Made by a program: the position numbers and the translations under genes
The notes under the pieces: model-generated
Told to the model about the DNA's origin: nothing
Seen by the model: only the letters and a program-made list of their open reading frames with translations
The model's database searches: none
Origin: Marsupella aquatica
Taxonomy: Eukaryota; Plantae; Marchantiophyta
Direction of reading: 5' to 3'
NCBI GenBank assembly: GCA_973895155.1
Contig: OZ316891.1
Coordinates: forward strand, 14,415,037-14,479,036
DNA length: 64,000 nucleotides
In this document: piece after piece, positions 1 to 13,263 of the stretch
Layout: every line of letters starts with the position of its first letter
Position numbering within the stretch: the stretch's first letter is position 1

Positions 1-1490
1 AAAGTAAAATATATTTAGCATTTAAGGTACAAAGGCATTTGCTACTGCAATGAATTGGAATGGCCACACAAGGATGCAGAGCACACATACTTTTGGTATG
101 TTGAGCCCACACACAAAACTGATCCCCTAATACAATTTCTCCACCAACACCTCAATTTTAATTGTGGCTATGATTCACCAAAGGAGATCTGCAACAACAT
201 TTCATGCATTTGAATCACATACAATAGTCGTGACATGTAAAACAGGCATTCTTCGAAGAGGATTGGTATGAAGCAGTGTCATAAGGGTTGAAATTTATAC
301 ATCCTAAATAGGCTATGATAGTGGCTGAGACAAATAAGTGAGGCATAAATCACATTTTGCAGGTTATCACATGGCCCATTAATTCATTCAACGTGGCAAT
401 GTTCACCAGGTTAAAGCAATATTAAAGCAGTCTTTCAATAGAGACTTTTAAGCGAGTTTGCTAGCCTCCTAAATTAGGATATTTTGCTTAGTGCAGGCAT
501 AATAGGATAAGTTATGTACTGTTGACCCTAAACCCTGGACCCAAAATTGCTTATACATCAAAATTTTAAGTAAATATCCTCTGTGTTGAAGGCAGAGTGT
601 TAAGCTATAGGTCAATGGTATCTGGTCTATGCATGTGGTGTGACAAGTGGTCCTCTAGAGCATGTGATCCAAACATGTGTAGACACCAAAGCCACCAGTG
701 GTGGGGTCTGGGAGGGCAGGACAAGTGACATCACCAGGCACACTGCAGGATGGCGAGTGGTTCCAGATGATACATTGTGCTCTGTGCAAAAATCGGCATC
801 CAAGAGAACGGTCATCCAATTTTGGGCCAGAAGCCCTACAGGTAGGACAGTTATATTGGCAACTATGCACACACCCTTGGCACCTAATTTGTGGCGGGTC
901 ATGTACAAGAGACACAAATACCAAGGATGTCGGGAAGGGTACTGAAGCAGGTAGAGGCCGGCTATAGTTGTTCCTGGAAACAACAGGGTACTCAAAGTAC
1001 CATGCAGACTGGGCTGGAAGGATCCCAAGTCTGACATACTCAAGGTACAACATCTCTGCCTTGCATGCAAGCCGCACATGTTCAGCGTTGCGGGTCCTCA
1101 CCATAAGTGTTGCTTTCGTTGTGACGTCCTCTATTCACGTCCTTTGATGAGCAAGGCGAGCAGGAGGTTGACTTGCCTCACCAACAACAACCAACCTAAA
1201 CTAATCAGTTCCCACTCACTGTCTTGGTTCCAACTACAGGTCATAGTATACACATAGCATGAAACGTGCATAGTACATATTTGATTCTGAGTTTATGAGT
1301 TTCCTAAGACAAAGAGCTTGGTGATAAACCCATGTTCTCAACGGACATGTATATCAATCATATTAAAATCCTATTTTTTCATCCAGAAAGACCGAAAGTC
1401 TCACCTTGCAGGTTGCAGCAGAGAGAAAATTCATTGGCTATCGTGTTGTGCAAGTGAACCTCCACTGATGCCCCCGGTGTAGCCCCTCAG

Positions 1491-1730
1491 ATGCAGGTGA
1501 CACTTAGCAACTCCCAAGTTGCCTGGTCTAACAGAAAATGCTTATATCTTCAGAATTTTATAGAGCAAGTACATGATCACATGGCATTGGCCCTACCAAA
1601 CTGTACGTTCACCTGATTGAATGGAGAAGCATTGCTCATTGGGGTGAATACACTAGCAGTACTCGATGGCCCAGTTGAAGGCAAAAGAGACTACAATATT
1701 TAGAAAGAGTCAACTCTACACTTGGTTCAT
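1491..1730 (+). pseudogene. Degenerate ubiquitin-like fragment
   Basis: One frame reads MQVTL...EQVHDHMAL...*LNGEALLIGVNTLAV...DYNI*KESTLHLV. The end matches ubiquitin DYNIQKESTLHLV with Q>stop (TAG 1701-1703). There is no LRLRGG tail. Confidence 0.65.
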
Positions 1731-2316
1731 ACAATACTTCTGGAACTATTCATATTTGGCCTTATGGAACTCTTGCCAACTACAACTCCTACTATGCACA
1801 AGCTCACATCAACAGAGAAAGGATACAGAATGCATACTTACTATGGCTCTAAGCACCTTCACTACCTTGTTGAACCCAGTCCTGAAGTCTTTTCAGCACG
1901 TTTGCTGTGCTGTCTCCTTTGGCACCAAACACCTTAGTCCTTGATGTAACAGAATGCGATTTTACAAGTTAGATGCTTTGGAACCTTCTATGGTCTTAGC
2001 TGAATTGATGTCACCGTAAGTGGTGAAAGACAAGGAATACAAAAGCTGGTTGAAGAGTTGTGGACAACACACTAGCAGGAAGTGCTTCAACCAATCCACT
2101 GCCAAACGGAACTCTTACACAGTCACATTCTTTCAGTAAACAGAAACTCAGTCAAACTTCATAATCAAAGTACAAACTCTGTTCACAATAAGGATCTTTC
2201 AAGAAAAGTCCCCACCACAAGGGGGTGGCAGAAAGCAGACAAGGCTTCAGGAAGATGGGAATGAAAAAAACTGCCTCCAAGCTCAATTCATCCATGGCCC
2301 AGTTCAAGGCAAAATA

Positions 2317-2361
2317 GACTACAACATTCAAAAAGAGTCAACTCTACAATTGGTTCTCCAG
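2317..2361 (+). pseudogene. Ubiquitin C-terminal fragment (second copy)
   Basis: Translates DYNIQKESTLQLVLQ versus ubiquitin DYNIQKESTLHLVLR. Nucleotides 2294-2355 repeat 1666-1727, and the upstream part recurs at ~2420-2467. Confidence 0.75.
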
Positions 2362-2881
2362 ATCAAAATGCAGCACACATAATTCTGGAACCATTCAGAT
2401 TCGGCCTTGCCATTTTGTTGCCTCCAAGCTCAATTCATCCATGTCCTACTTGAAGGCAAAACAGACAAAAATAGAGCAAAACCACTAACCAAGTAGTGTT
2501 TGACCATAGGGACAACAAATTGAAATAGAGAGAAGGCTGGCAGCCCAAGCCAATAGTCTTCCATAGGGGAGAGAGTACGATCAAGAAAGTGAAGAACATG
2601 TAGTTCTTACGCAAAAAACTCAGCAACAATAGACAAATTCACTAGCCAGAGGGATGAAAAGCAAATGAGTACCAAGCCAACCAACTAAGACTGACTATGA
2701 AATGCAAGTGACATCATTACAACCAAAACAATACAACAAAGCACTTAGGCAACATTAATACAAAATTGTAGATGAATTATATCATGCGATAGATAGTACT
2801 CGGTTCTACCTGAGGTGTGCAGTCATACTCCCCTCAGGTAGAATGTGTATGCAGTTACATACACATGACGATCCCCAAGAA

Positions 2882-2930
2882 AGCAGACAATAGTTCCTAG
2901 CAGACAATAGTTCCTAGCAGACAACAGTTC
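2882..2930. repeat. Short tandem repeat, 3 x ~17 bp (agcagacaatagttcct)
   Basis: Directly visible tandem copies. Confidence 0.85.
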
Positions 2931-3055
2931 TTGCTGCGTGTCTCAGGCTGATTTTTACTTTCCAGACTTGAGAGTTGTGAAGGTAGTTTTAGTAACTTTC
3001 CTTTGACTCGATTTGGGAGCGTTTGACCTATCTACTAGCTTGTAGTTAGCTTCAT

Positions 3056-3184
3056 GATGTCTGTACACTTTGGTGTCCGAGCCGAGCACTGATTCTTCCT
3101 CTCCTCTATTTTAGCTTCGTGATATCTGTACACGTTGGTGTCCGGGCTCTGATTCTGCCTCTCCTCTGTTTTTGCATCGTGATA
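3056..3184. repeat. Imperfect tandem duplication, 2 x ~60-65 bp
   Basis: gat(g/a)tctgtacac(t/g)ttggtgtccg...tgattct.cctctcctct.tttt.gc.tcgtgata occurs twice. Confidence 0.8.
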
Positions 3185-3966
3185 GGCTTTGATCACAGTA
3201 GCGTATTGGAGCATGGAAATTTGAGGTCCATTTCAAGGCAGCGGGAATAAGTACATTGATCAACTGGAGACCAGAAATGCGCATATGTGAATGTCATACC
3301 TTTCAGGCGGAAGTCGTAGGTAGCAGGTAGCAAGCGTGAACTTGCAAGCAGTAACTTGCGCTCTGTTGCCCCCTGCAGCTTACTAAAAGAACACTCCACT
3401 GAGAAGCAATGACAACGGATTGGAGCTCCTCCCCAATTAATATAGTCTCCAACCAATCACGTTCATGATCTGAGGTGAGACATGACATACAATAATCGTT
3501 GATGCAAAGATCTAAGAATCGTCTCAATCCAAGGAACAGAACATCTCACGACATCACGGACATTTTACAGTAACAAAATGCAACACCCACCCTATGCATC
3601 TATAACATTGAGTACAAACATTCATGGATTGCAAAATTACTCTACACGTCATGCGTCACCTTCAGGTCAAGTCGTAGCTCCAGCCACAACTCATATGTCG
3701 TAGCTCCAAGACGTAGCTGCAACCACGGCTCACAAGTTCAGCTCCCCTGTCAGCTCACATGAATAGCGCCTCCCTTCGCTGCACTCCATGCATCTGCTGC
3801 CAGTTGCAACACAAACATTAAGCAGTCAATAAGCAGGGCCACTTTCATTGTACACAATGTCACATAAATCCTACCTGGACGGTTTGCATTGGAATCACTG
3901 TCATAATCACCCTGGCGGTAGCCTTCACTGATCAATGTGAAGGGCGTGCACCTCAATGCCAGCATT

Positions 3967-4048
3967 CAGTGACCGCAGCTCAAACTCTAAACTCTCAGTG
4001 ACCGCAGCTCAAACAACTCAACTCTCATTGACCGCACCTAAAACTCAA
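3967..4048. repeat. Tandem repeat, 3 x ~29-31 bp (tcagtgaccgcagctcaaac...actc)
   Basis: Directly visible tandem copies. Confidence 0.8.
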
Positions 4049-7000
4049 TTTGCTGGAACTCAGCAAGTCAAAGCGACTGTAGCACGAGTAAGAACACCCT
4101 TTACCTCACTATAGCCGAAAGCTCTCACTGGGGCTGTCACATTTTGCAAACTATAAACCATGGGATTAGTGAGGACCTCCGTGCACCCAGGTTGTAGCCT
4201 CTGTCTCACTTAGCATCTGGCAGACTGGCAACCCATGGCAAAAACGGAGAGCAGCAATCGGCCGTAGCGATAGACGAGAGCAGCGATGACAACGATGAAA
4301 GACGATGAATTCCAAAAGGTACTGACTCTCACCTTAAATTGCACAACTCCTGCATTGTATAGAGCTTGCGTTGGCCCACTCTAAGCTCCCAGGTTTCAGC
4401 TCCCAGGTTTTAGCTCCAAGACGTAGCTGCAACCACGGCTCACAAGTCCAATGTAGCTAGTAACAGCAACTCGAAGTCCCGCTCCAAGTTGTCGGCTTCC
4501 ACTCCAAGCTCCCTTAAAGATTGATGCCTCAACTCTAAGTTTTCAGCTCCCACGCGCAAAGCGGAGAAATTAAAACCCGTCCTGCAAAGAGAAACATGAC
4601 CTAAAACCTTGCATCTCATTCCTGTATTATCTTCATAGTAGAATGTTTGGAAGATGCAAGCGGAGGTGCAAGAATTCAACTATGAGTGAGACACTGGAAT
4701 CCTTACTGACCTTAAACCTTACTCCGGGAGACCCAAGAAATGGCTTGAATCTTTTGTTCCTTGCTGCAGCCAAACGTGTAATTCATTAGCAGGAATTGCT
4801 AGGAATCATATACATGTGTATCCTGTACCTCACAAACCTATTCCTTCTCGCTGCCTTAAGAAATTGAAGAAATGCGGCAAACACAAGTCCGCATTATCAC
4901 TCCCAAGTCTAGTGGAGATTCAAAGATTACTGTCACAATGTCGAGTTACAAAGATTGCATAAACACCAATAGCTTGCATAAACACAGTGGCTGCTTAGCT
5001 CACCAACAACTTGAAGCTCATAGATTTTACCTTGTCGCCTGAGAAAAATGGCTGCATCACCTGAACAGAGCTACGGCATTTCACCTCTCGCCTCCAAAGA
5101 CAAGCGCAACACAACCTCCAACTCCTCCCCACTGACGGTCGCAGCTCCCGGTGAAGCTTCAAGCCTTAACGACAAATGGATACCTGGGAGCGCTTGCGAT
5201 TAGTAGATCAATCACTCTTGCCCGAGCATGTAATGAAGAGCACAAATGTCCCCTTCGATCGGCCAGTCACTGACTTGAGCTCATTGTCACTCAATGTGGA
5301 CGATGTCAACAACATAAATTGTTAAGCTTCTCAGGACACAATCAATCCTCATTCTCTTGTGAGTGGAGAATGAGTTTAAAGACAACAAGAGGCCATAACA
5401 TTGCCTCCACCTACAATGTATGTCATTATTGAGGTGGACTTACCAAATGTGAACTCCAATCTCTGCCCACAAGAACAACTCCTTGCGACTCTTTCGCGCG
5501 TCCACAGATTGTCTTACTGACAATGCCAATACAAAAAAGGGCCCAATTGCTATTGCAACCACGATGATCCACCTCACGCTAGATAGTTGGCCTTCAAGAT
5601 CACTCCCCACTTTTTTGCAGCTCCTCAGTTCTACGTCGCAGCTCCCCGATCCTCCACAACCCCTTGCCCATGGCAGTGCTGCAACAAAATAAGCTCCTGG
5701 TCGCAGCTCCTCAGTTATCGGTCACAGCTGCAACAACATAAGCTCATAGTAACTCGGCCTAAACCCATAGCTCAGTCCTCCAATGACAAAATACCTAAAC
5801 CTTGGCCCAAATGCGAGCTCCCGATAGTATTCAGACCTTGCAGCATTCAACTGGAAGCGCACAATGGAGAAGAGCTTGAAGGTCGCACACCTGACAAAAT
5901 CAATCACAGATTGATCTACGAGCTGGATATTGGAGTCTGTGTCTCTCGTCCGAGGCTTCCGATCATCTGCTCTAGTCCAAAGCTCCCAAAAGTATAGAGG
6001 GCAGATGTACACTCAAGCACGACAAGCGGGAGTGAAGTCCGTAAAGCTCCTCGCCCTAAACGATGGTTGTTGGTAAGCACAATGGACATCCGAGTTTTTC
6101 CTTGACAAAAACCTCCGAGTTCCCGCGCACCTTCAACTCCCATTTGCACTCTACTGGTGTGTTTCCTGTTGAAAAACCCGCGCACCCTAAACTCGTATCC
6201 AAAGGCAAACTCACGCACAATGCATACCTTAACACTTAGTGAGAGAACTGAACCCAGTGACACTCGACCACTTTGCGTTGACATGAGCCGTAAACCCTAA
6301 AGCAAATTTGACACAACACAATATGAGCAAAGATTAAATGAACGCACAGGGCTAGGATTAACCTTACAATAGCCTTGTTGCATGTTCATTAATTAAGAGC
6401 ACAAATGATGAGCATAAAAGAAAAATAATACTATCTAAGATCAAGCCTTCTTCATACATATATATATAGCATGCAAAAATATAGTAGTTGGACATCCAAT
6501 GTTCTATGGCTGGTATAGAGGGTAGGACAAGTGGTAAAGATGGGGAAAATTAGAGATTGACTACAAAAAGCATTAAGTTAGGTTAATAACAAGGTTTGAC
6601 AAAGCCGGCCTTTTTTTGTTTGAATGGGGCTGAGGCTTCATTGTGTCTAAATGGGGTCAGGAGTAATTATAGTTTAGAATAGTATGACTAAACTATTATT
6701 AAATTGATGTGGAATGATATATGGTGTATCCAAAATCATATGTATATGGTCGCGGATCCCATACTTTAAGGTTTAAGGGTTCAAATGTAGTGGTCTCATA
6801 AGTTGTACTCTAATGTAGAGTCACTTGTATAACTTCACTCTAATTGCCTTAACTAAGTTATAGTTGCAACTTACCTAAAAGTTGTAAACATGACTTGGCA
6901 AAACTTCACCAAAACTCAGTCAAGAAGGTGTGACTAACATGACAACAACAACCTTGGAGTCGCTATTTCATGAAGGTCTTGGACAAGTCACACATCTCCA

Positions 7001-7140
7001 GGTCTCAAAACGGGTGGATTTCTTCTAGTGCACCTCTGGGAACCCAACCTCCCCAGAGGTGGTTGGTTGCCCTTAGGATTACACAAATGTTGCCATCAGG
7101 CATGGCATGAGGGGGTTCAGGCATATAACTCTTGCTCGCT

Positions 7141-7252
7141 CATTCACCGGCATTTGTGAAGTTGAGGACCACATTCTTCATTCGCCTGCATTTGTGAAGT
7201 TGAGGGCCACATTATTCATTTACCGGCATTTGTGAAATTGAGGGCTGCATTT
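7141..7252. repeat. Tandem repeat, 3 x ~38 bp upstream of the protease gene
   Basis: catt..cc.gcatttgtgaa.ttgagg..c.catt repeated three times. Confidence 0.85.
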
Positions 7253-7817
7253 TTCAGGACCTATACTGGGGAGCTGGGTTTCCGAGTTGGGCCCGAGTTG
7301 GGCCCTGCCTGTTTTATCCCCGGCACTCCAACAGGGGTGCTCCAAAATTAACGCTAATAAATTACAAAGTAACACAGCATATGCATTCATAAGCCGGCTA
7401 ATTACAAATGCACTACACAAATGCTGCCACGTAGCGGTGATTACAGAGGGAGCTCTTTCCGGGGATTTTTGAATGCCTCTCACTTTTCGGTCGTTTGTCC
7501 TTTGTTGGGATTTTCTGAGACTGTCGAAGCACGACATTGGCTCGAGACGAAGAATTAAATGGTACCCTATCTCGTGTGCAGCAAGCTATGGTAGCAAGCG
7601 AGCCACCAATTTTCGTCCTCTGCCGCATTGGTGGGCGTTCGCTAGACTGTAGTGAAGAATTGCAGTATTTTGCATTCGATTCGTGCCAATCACACCTGGA
7701 AATTAAATTGTCACTGAAAGAGGACGACGTTTCTGCCTAGATTTGTTCCGTTGATCGGGACGGAGCAATAAGCTGTAGGGAGCAAAAAATACCACTCTGC
7801 TGAAGTGGGAATCAGGA

Positions 7818-10800
7818 ATGCTGGCCTCTGTGAGTTTAACTTCTGGGTATGGATATGCGGGGAGCGTAAGGGAAGCCGCCGCGGGAGGGGGATGCCGACG
7901 CTTTGGGAATTTCCCGTCCGATAGGCTGGAGAATGCTAGGCTGGAGGGCTTACTTGTAGAATGTAGAGCACAATTCAGCTATCACGGATGGAGGAAATTG
8001 AGCAAGAAGGGGCTGTGGACGAGTCCTAGCAGCAGCGAAGGATCAGGGGATGGCAGGATCAGGAGTCGGACCAGGAGTCATTCCAGGTCTGTGCAATGTA
8101 GCAGCAATGTGCAGTCTCTGGAGATGGAGATTTCAAGATCAGAGCAACTGCAGCAGTACCTCAAAAAGATCTACCGTGCCATGGGCTTGCATAACTATAA
8201 TCCCCGTCAGCACATCACTGTAACAGGTTAATCTCCTTTCCTTTATATCCCTAGGTGGCGGGATAATTATTCAAAATTACGGTAGCATTGGGGCCTACAC
8301 AATATGGACTTTCAAGTGCCCGGGAGTAAGAGCGATTCTGATCCCTTTGCGTCGACGAAAATGTATTTAAACACAGGCAACTGTTTGGATCCCATGATAA
8401 AGGAAATCGCTTTCTCATCAGTATTGCATTCTCAAGCGCGGGGAAATTGAGATCAAATTTGCGCCCAACGGGTGGAGAACTATCTGAACTTAGTCACCAG
8501 TGGGACTCCTCTAGGGATGGATATGTAGAGCGACAGAATGGAGCGAGACCTAAGGGATTGGAATTCAAGGTGATCACACCCAATGGCTTACCTTTCAGAG
8601 GAAAGTGCGTGGACTGTGGATATGCACAAGGAATCTCTTGAGATGGGTAGCCACTAATCGACGTTTTGACGAAATCTAGTTGCCTTCTTATTCGAGATGG
8701 AAAGAGAACTGACTCTGCTGGCCACAAGAATTTAGGCTAAATACTTAATAAATTTATCGTGTCGTATATCACACGGCTTGAAGGATTTGCACACGATGAA
8801 GTATAGCCCCTAATACAAGAATTTGAGTCTTGAACAAGTCCAGTATGCCTCGCTTAGTTGCTCAACAGTTCTTCGTGAAAACAGGGTAAGTTGGCTGCAA
8901 ATTTTGTGCAGGCGTACAGGTTTTGATGGGGATGGAAGGACAATGGAGGCTGACATGGAATATGGACGGCCGTTTTTATGAGCGGTACGAGGGCCCTGAG
9001 CTTCATTTTGAGTGGGCGTACGACGAAGAGCAAGGACCCTGGTGTGCAGATGCTGCTGGCCGTGTCTCTTCTCTTGACCTTGATGACAGAGAGGTTTGTC
9101 CTTACTATTGAATATATCTGGGGCCTTATTCTCGCAACAACAGCCAAGCGTTGCAGGTTGCTGAGGTCTACGAGTAGTCCGAAAATCGAATGCTGGCCGT
9201 TGTAAGCTTGTATCGCTATCTTCATTTTTATTTTTGTTTTTGAAATTGAGTTTCTGGCGTGGTATAGGTGTGTCTCCTGGCTTCATGGGTTCGAACTGGC
9301 TACTGGCTTACGGAGGAGGGACAAAAGAAACTGAACATAAACCTGGAACAACAAAAATCAGACTCCAGAGACTTAACACTTAGACTCCAGCTGAAAAAGA
9401 CCAAGGCAAGCATCACTTTCTTAATCCTCCTGCTTTTCTTATATGGTCCCTTCTCTTTGAAACGAATTTTCAAGAAGGATTGGAGTACTGCAAATTGTGA
9501 GGTGAAGCAGTTTACCGAGAAAATGTGTCTGTGTGAGACAATTAGCTACTCAGTTTGGGGCATACATCAGTAGCGACTGGGTAGTTTATGAAAGTGGGAC
9601 CTGGCTGTGTCGTGGTTACACTGCTGCAGGTTTATGAGGATGCATTCCGTGAATGAAGCTCTCAGTGAGCCTGATGGGTTAATCTTGACTTGGGCACCCG
9701 TGATAGGTGGTGGCCTATCTGGCTGTGGATCGAGGCACTTGGTTGCCACTGCGCTTAAGGATCAAAGCGTTTGGGAGTGAGGACAAGTGGGAATTTGGTG
9801 ACTGGCAACCTATTCTGGTTTGTAATCTAGCCTCGTTCTTTGTTGACTAGTTGGATTACTTTTTCTGTTGAGTTTTATTTACCTCGATTGACCTATTCTA
9901 GGGCGCCGAAATGTCTTAGCTGCCTTAGGAACGTCAATATGCTGGAATGACCATATCCAAACGTGGGTTGTTCAGCGAGGCTGTAGCGGCCAATTTCCAC
10001 GAGCTGTCGTACACAATCCACCAGCAGGAGGCAATGATTTATATTCCCTTATCAGTGTCAAATTAGAGACCTTTGATGACGATCTGGAAGACAGGGAACT
10101 GGGAACTGGTCTTCTATATGTCAAGCCAAGGACAACGCTGGTTCCACGACTTACATGGAGTTACCCAAAAACGCACATCAACAATGAGTTGTCGTCCTCT
10201 GTGACAGTATGTATGCCATCAATTCTACAGCTGAACTTCCTGACTTCATCAGGTTTAGAAATTAAGTTCTGCCGCAAGAAAGGTCTAGTGTCGGGGTGAG
10301 GATTGTGTGAGTCATCATGAGTGAATGTATGCTTCGGACCATTATCAGCTATCTGGGGACTTTTCTTTGTTGCAGCGCCAACACTTGGGTCGGGCTCTCA
10401 TCGACGGGAATTTCAACTAATCAGTTGACCTGAAAGGGGAGGATAGGGGTCTTTTTTAGTCTATGCTCCTTTTATTCTGAGGAGAGTTTGTATGATGGAA
10501 GTAAGAACTCTGTCAACGTGGAAAAAGGATCTGGCTGATGTTGTATTCTCACCAATATCATTACGTGTGTGTTTTGCAGATGATTCAGGCAGAGAGTGGA
10601 CATTACCTTGTGCGACCTCTTGTAGATGGACAGGACATAGGGTAGGTGCAACTTATATGCATATGAGTAGAATTTTTTAATATTTTACGGTAGATATTTG
10701 ATGTGTTTACGATGTAGTATTCGTGCAAAAGCTGTGAAAGAATATGTTCAGGACGTTGGAGCATAATTGCAGAGGAGGCTTTAATGATACTGAAATTACT

Positions 10801-13263
10801 CATTCTAACGCAACGTACATTATTGCCACTTCCAGACAACAGCTTTCCATTTCGTAGTCGATTTGACCTGTTTTGCTGCACCTGTTAGTCCCAATTCACC
10901 TTCGTAACATATTCGGGTATCTGAACATTCAGGTACTTTATCGTTGACACTGGCGCAAGCAGTCTTACGATAGCTCCTAACAAGGCAGGTTTGGTTGCAG
11001 CCATACACAGTTACCTACACATTTTGAATTGCAACGGAGCTTGACTCTCATGACTGTCATGTCGTCCTCACACGACCTTTTCTTTTGCCAGGCTGAAGAG
11101 CTTGGGATGTATGAATTTGGGGAAGCATATGTCACAGGAGTTGAAGGCGAGGTAGGGTTGTACACCTTAACTCTCTGAACAAGAATCTCCTTACAAACAC
11201 AGAAACCCGTGAACGATGTTCGGTTGCATGCCGAGGAGTTCATGCAGTCCAAGTCTGTAGGGGAATATATTTACTGCCTTTGAATGCAATAATTTAATTT
11301 TGTATTCTCTGGTATATTGGATATCTCTGGTAATTGTCCGTTGTATGATGATCACTTTTGAGGTGGTTGGCATCAAGTACAGTTGTGGCTAGTTCATAGC
11401 ATGAGAAGGCTATTTTGGGGGAGTTCTCATCTAGTAGTGAATATTTATACTTGAAAACGTATTGCAGGTTAAATGCCAGTTTCGGCGTGCAAAAAGCTTT
11501 GAGATTGGTCCCTTAACTATAACGGAACCTATATTCATGGAGGTAAGTGATCGGCATTCCACTGTAGGATCCTAAGTAATCTGAAGGCGAAACCAGCGTT
11601 CATGTTTGAGATTCATCCGTGGAAGCGATATATCTACTCCAGTTAGAGAGAGTCGTTGTATCCAAAACGTCAAGTATTTGCACTGTTTTGTTCCATTTTG
11701 CAGGTACCGATGGCAGGAGTCGTAAGAGGTGTTTCTCCTGTTGCTGGCATCTGTGGATATGACATATTCTTTCATTGCATCGTGGAGGTATGGCCATCAC
11801 TTGGCGTCTGATGCTGGCCAATTTTGTCACGGGACATTCTGCTGAGATACAGTCTCTGGCAAACTTGTCCATTTCTAGTCCTCCACCTGATTGTATTCCA
11901 GTGGACTTGAAGTTCTGGTGAATTTCCCATTTTGGGGTTTGGACATGTCTTAGTCGACAACTGTCTGCAATGAATGTTAAGAGCTTCTGGTCTGAAAATC
12001 CTGCATACATATTGCAGTCCACTGAATGCACGTATCATGTCTTGTTCTTTACAGATGTCTTACAAAAGGGCGACGTTGTCATTATATGATCCCCTGGCAT
12101 ACTCGTCGTTTATACGGCCAACCCAGTGGCAAGTGGGTACTCTGAGCTCCAGACCTCTCTGACTTCAGTATCGTTGTGTGGGTCAACTGCGAATACGTTA
12201 TGACTGGACATGTTATTTCATTGGATACGTTTTGGTTGTCCTCTAGCTTTAATAATCATAAGCGATATCGAAAAGAAAAACAGGGGAATTTACTGGCGTT
12301 TGTCATCTATGATCTTTAAGTAATATTTTGTTATTTGGTGGTAATAGAGATGTTGATGAATGGTTCGTTTGTGAGTTGTTGCAGAAAATGTACTTGCTCG
12401 AAAATGTGCCACATGTGCCTGCTACTTTTAATGGTAATGAGGCCATTTTCTTATTAGATACAGGAGCTGGAGGTGTAGATCTCATCTTCCATGGAAGAGC
12501 GGTGGAACGCTATAACCTGAACAAAACCCTTCAGCTTGCAGGCACAGCGAGCGTGAAAGGCATAAACACTTCTGGAAAAGGATTGCAGGTACTCCATCTG
12601 AGATTTCTCGAAAGAGGCAAAGTAGCAGCCTTCAGATCATACTACTGGCCATGACGAGACAATTTGTTTGTTGTTCTACATTTCATTCCATGAGCATGAA
12701 TGCTGTGACATCATGGGCCGTTCAAGTTCACGTTTTACGCAATGATGCATCTTCTTTGTCTTTGGAAATCTGACATCCTGCAAGGCTTGCTCTATTTCTC
12801 TGAATTTTAGCCACATCAGTCATTCTGCTTTGCTGTGCGTGTTGGTCGAGAAGAAAAGTTTTTTAGCTCCAACATATGTTTGACTTGTAAAGTGGGATTT
12901 CAATTTCTTTTCCGTGTGCTTGAGTTTTGTCTATCATCGAACACTGGTCTGCTGGAAATTTTTGATCGTTGGTGGAGAGCATACACAGTTTGGTTCTTGT
13001 GGTGATTATATTTCTGTTGATGGATGCAGGTACAGTACGGGATCCTTGATTCTCTTCAAGTAGCAGGGCAGTCATTCCGGAAAGTGAAAGCGCTCTTCCC
13101 AACAGTGGGAACTTGTGGGTCTCTTGATTTCTCCGAGTACACAGCCGGGGTTTTATGCGGAGATTTGCTAGAGAACTTGCTTCTAGTCCTTGACTACGGT
13201 CAACGACGCTTTGCTTTCATTGACAGTGCAGGTGCTGGTCATTCGTCCAGACCCATCAGATGA
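7818..13263 (+). CDS. Putative plastid-targeted protein with two tandem retropepsin-like (Asp_protease_2-type) aspartic protease domains, ~639 aa, 13 exons
   Basis: Hand-built in-frame exon chain: 7818-8226, 8912-9093, 9268-9405, 9707-9817, 9976-10206, 10580-10641, 10933-10984, 11092-11151, 11468-11542, 11704-11787, 12055-12132, 12385-12588, 13030-13263 (1920 nt). Domain 1 has SGHYLVRPLVDGQDIGYFIVDTGAS...AGICGYDIF. Domain 2 has PHVPATFNGNEAIFLLDTGAGG...AGVLCGDLLENLLLVLDYGQRR. The N-terminus is S/R/G-rich. Confidence 0.85.

Noticed and set aside
7032-7060. 9-bp hairpin near CTAG as a Helitron 3' end
   Set aside because: The spacing is too short, CTAG is not followed by T on that strand, and I found no matching 5' TC end or RepHel remnant.
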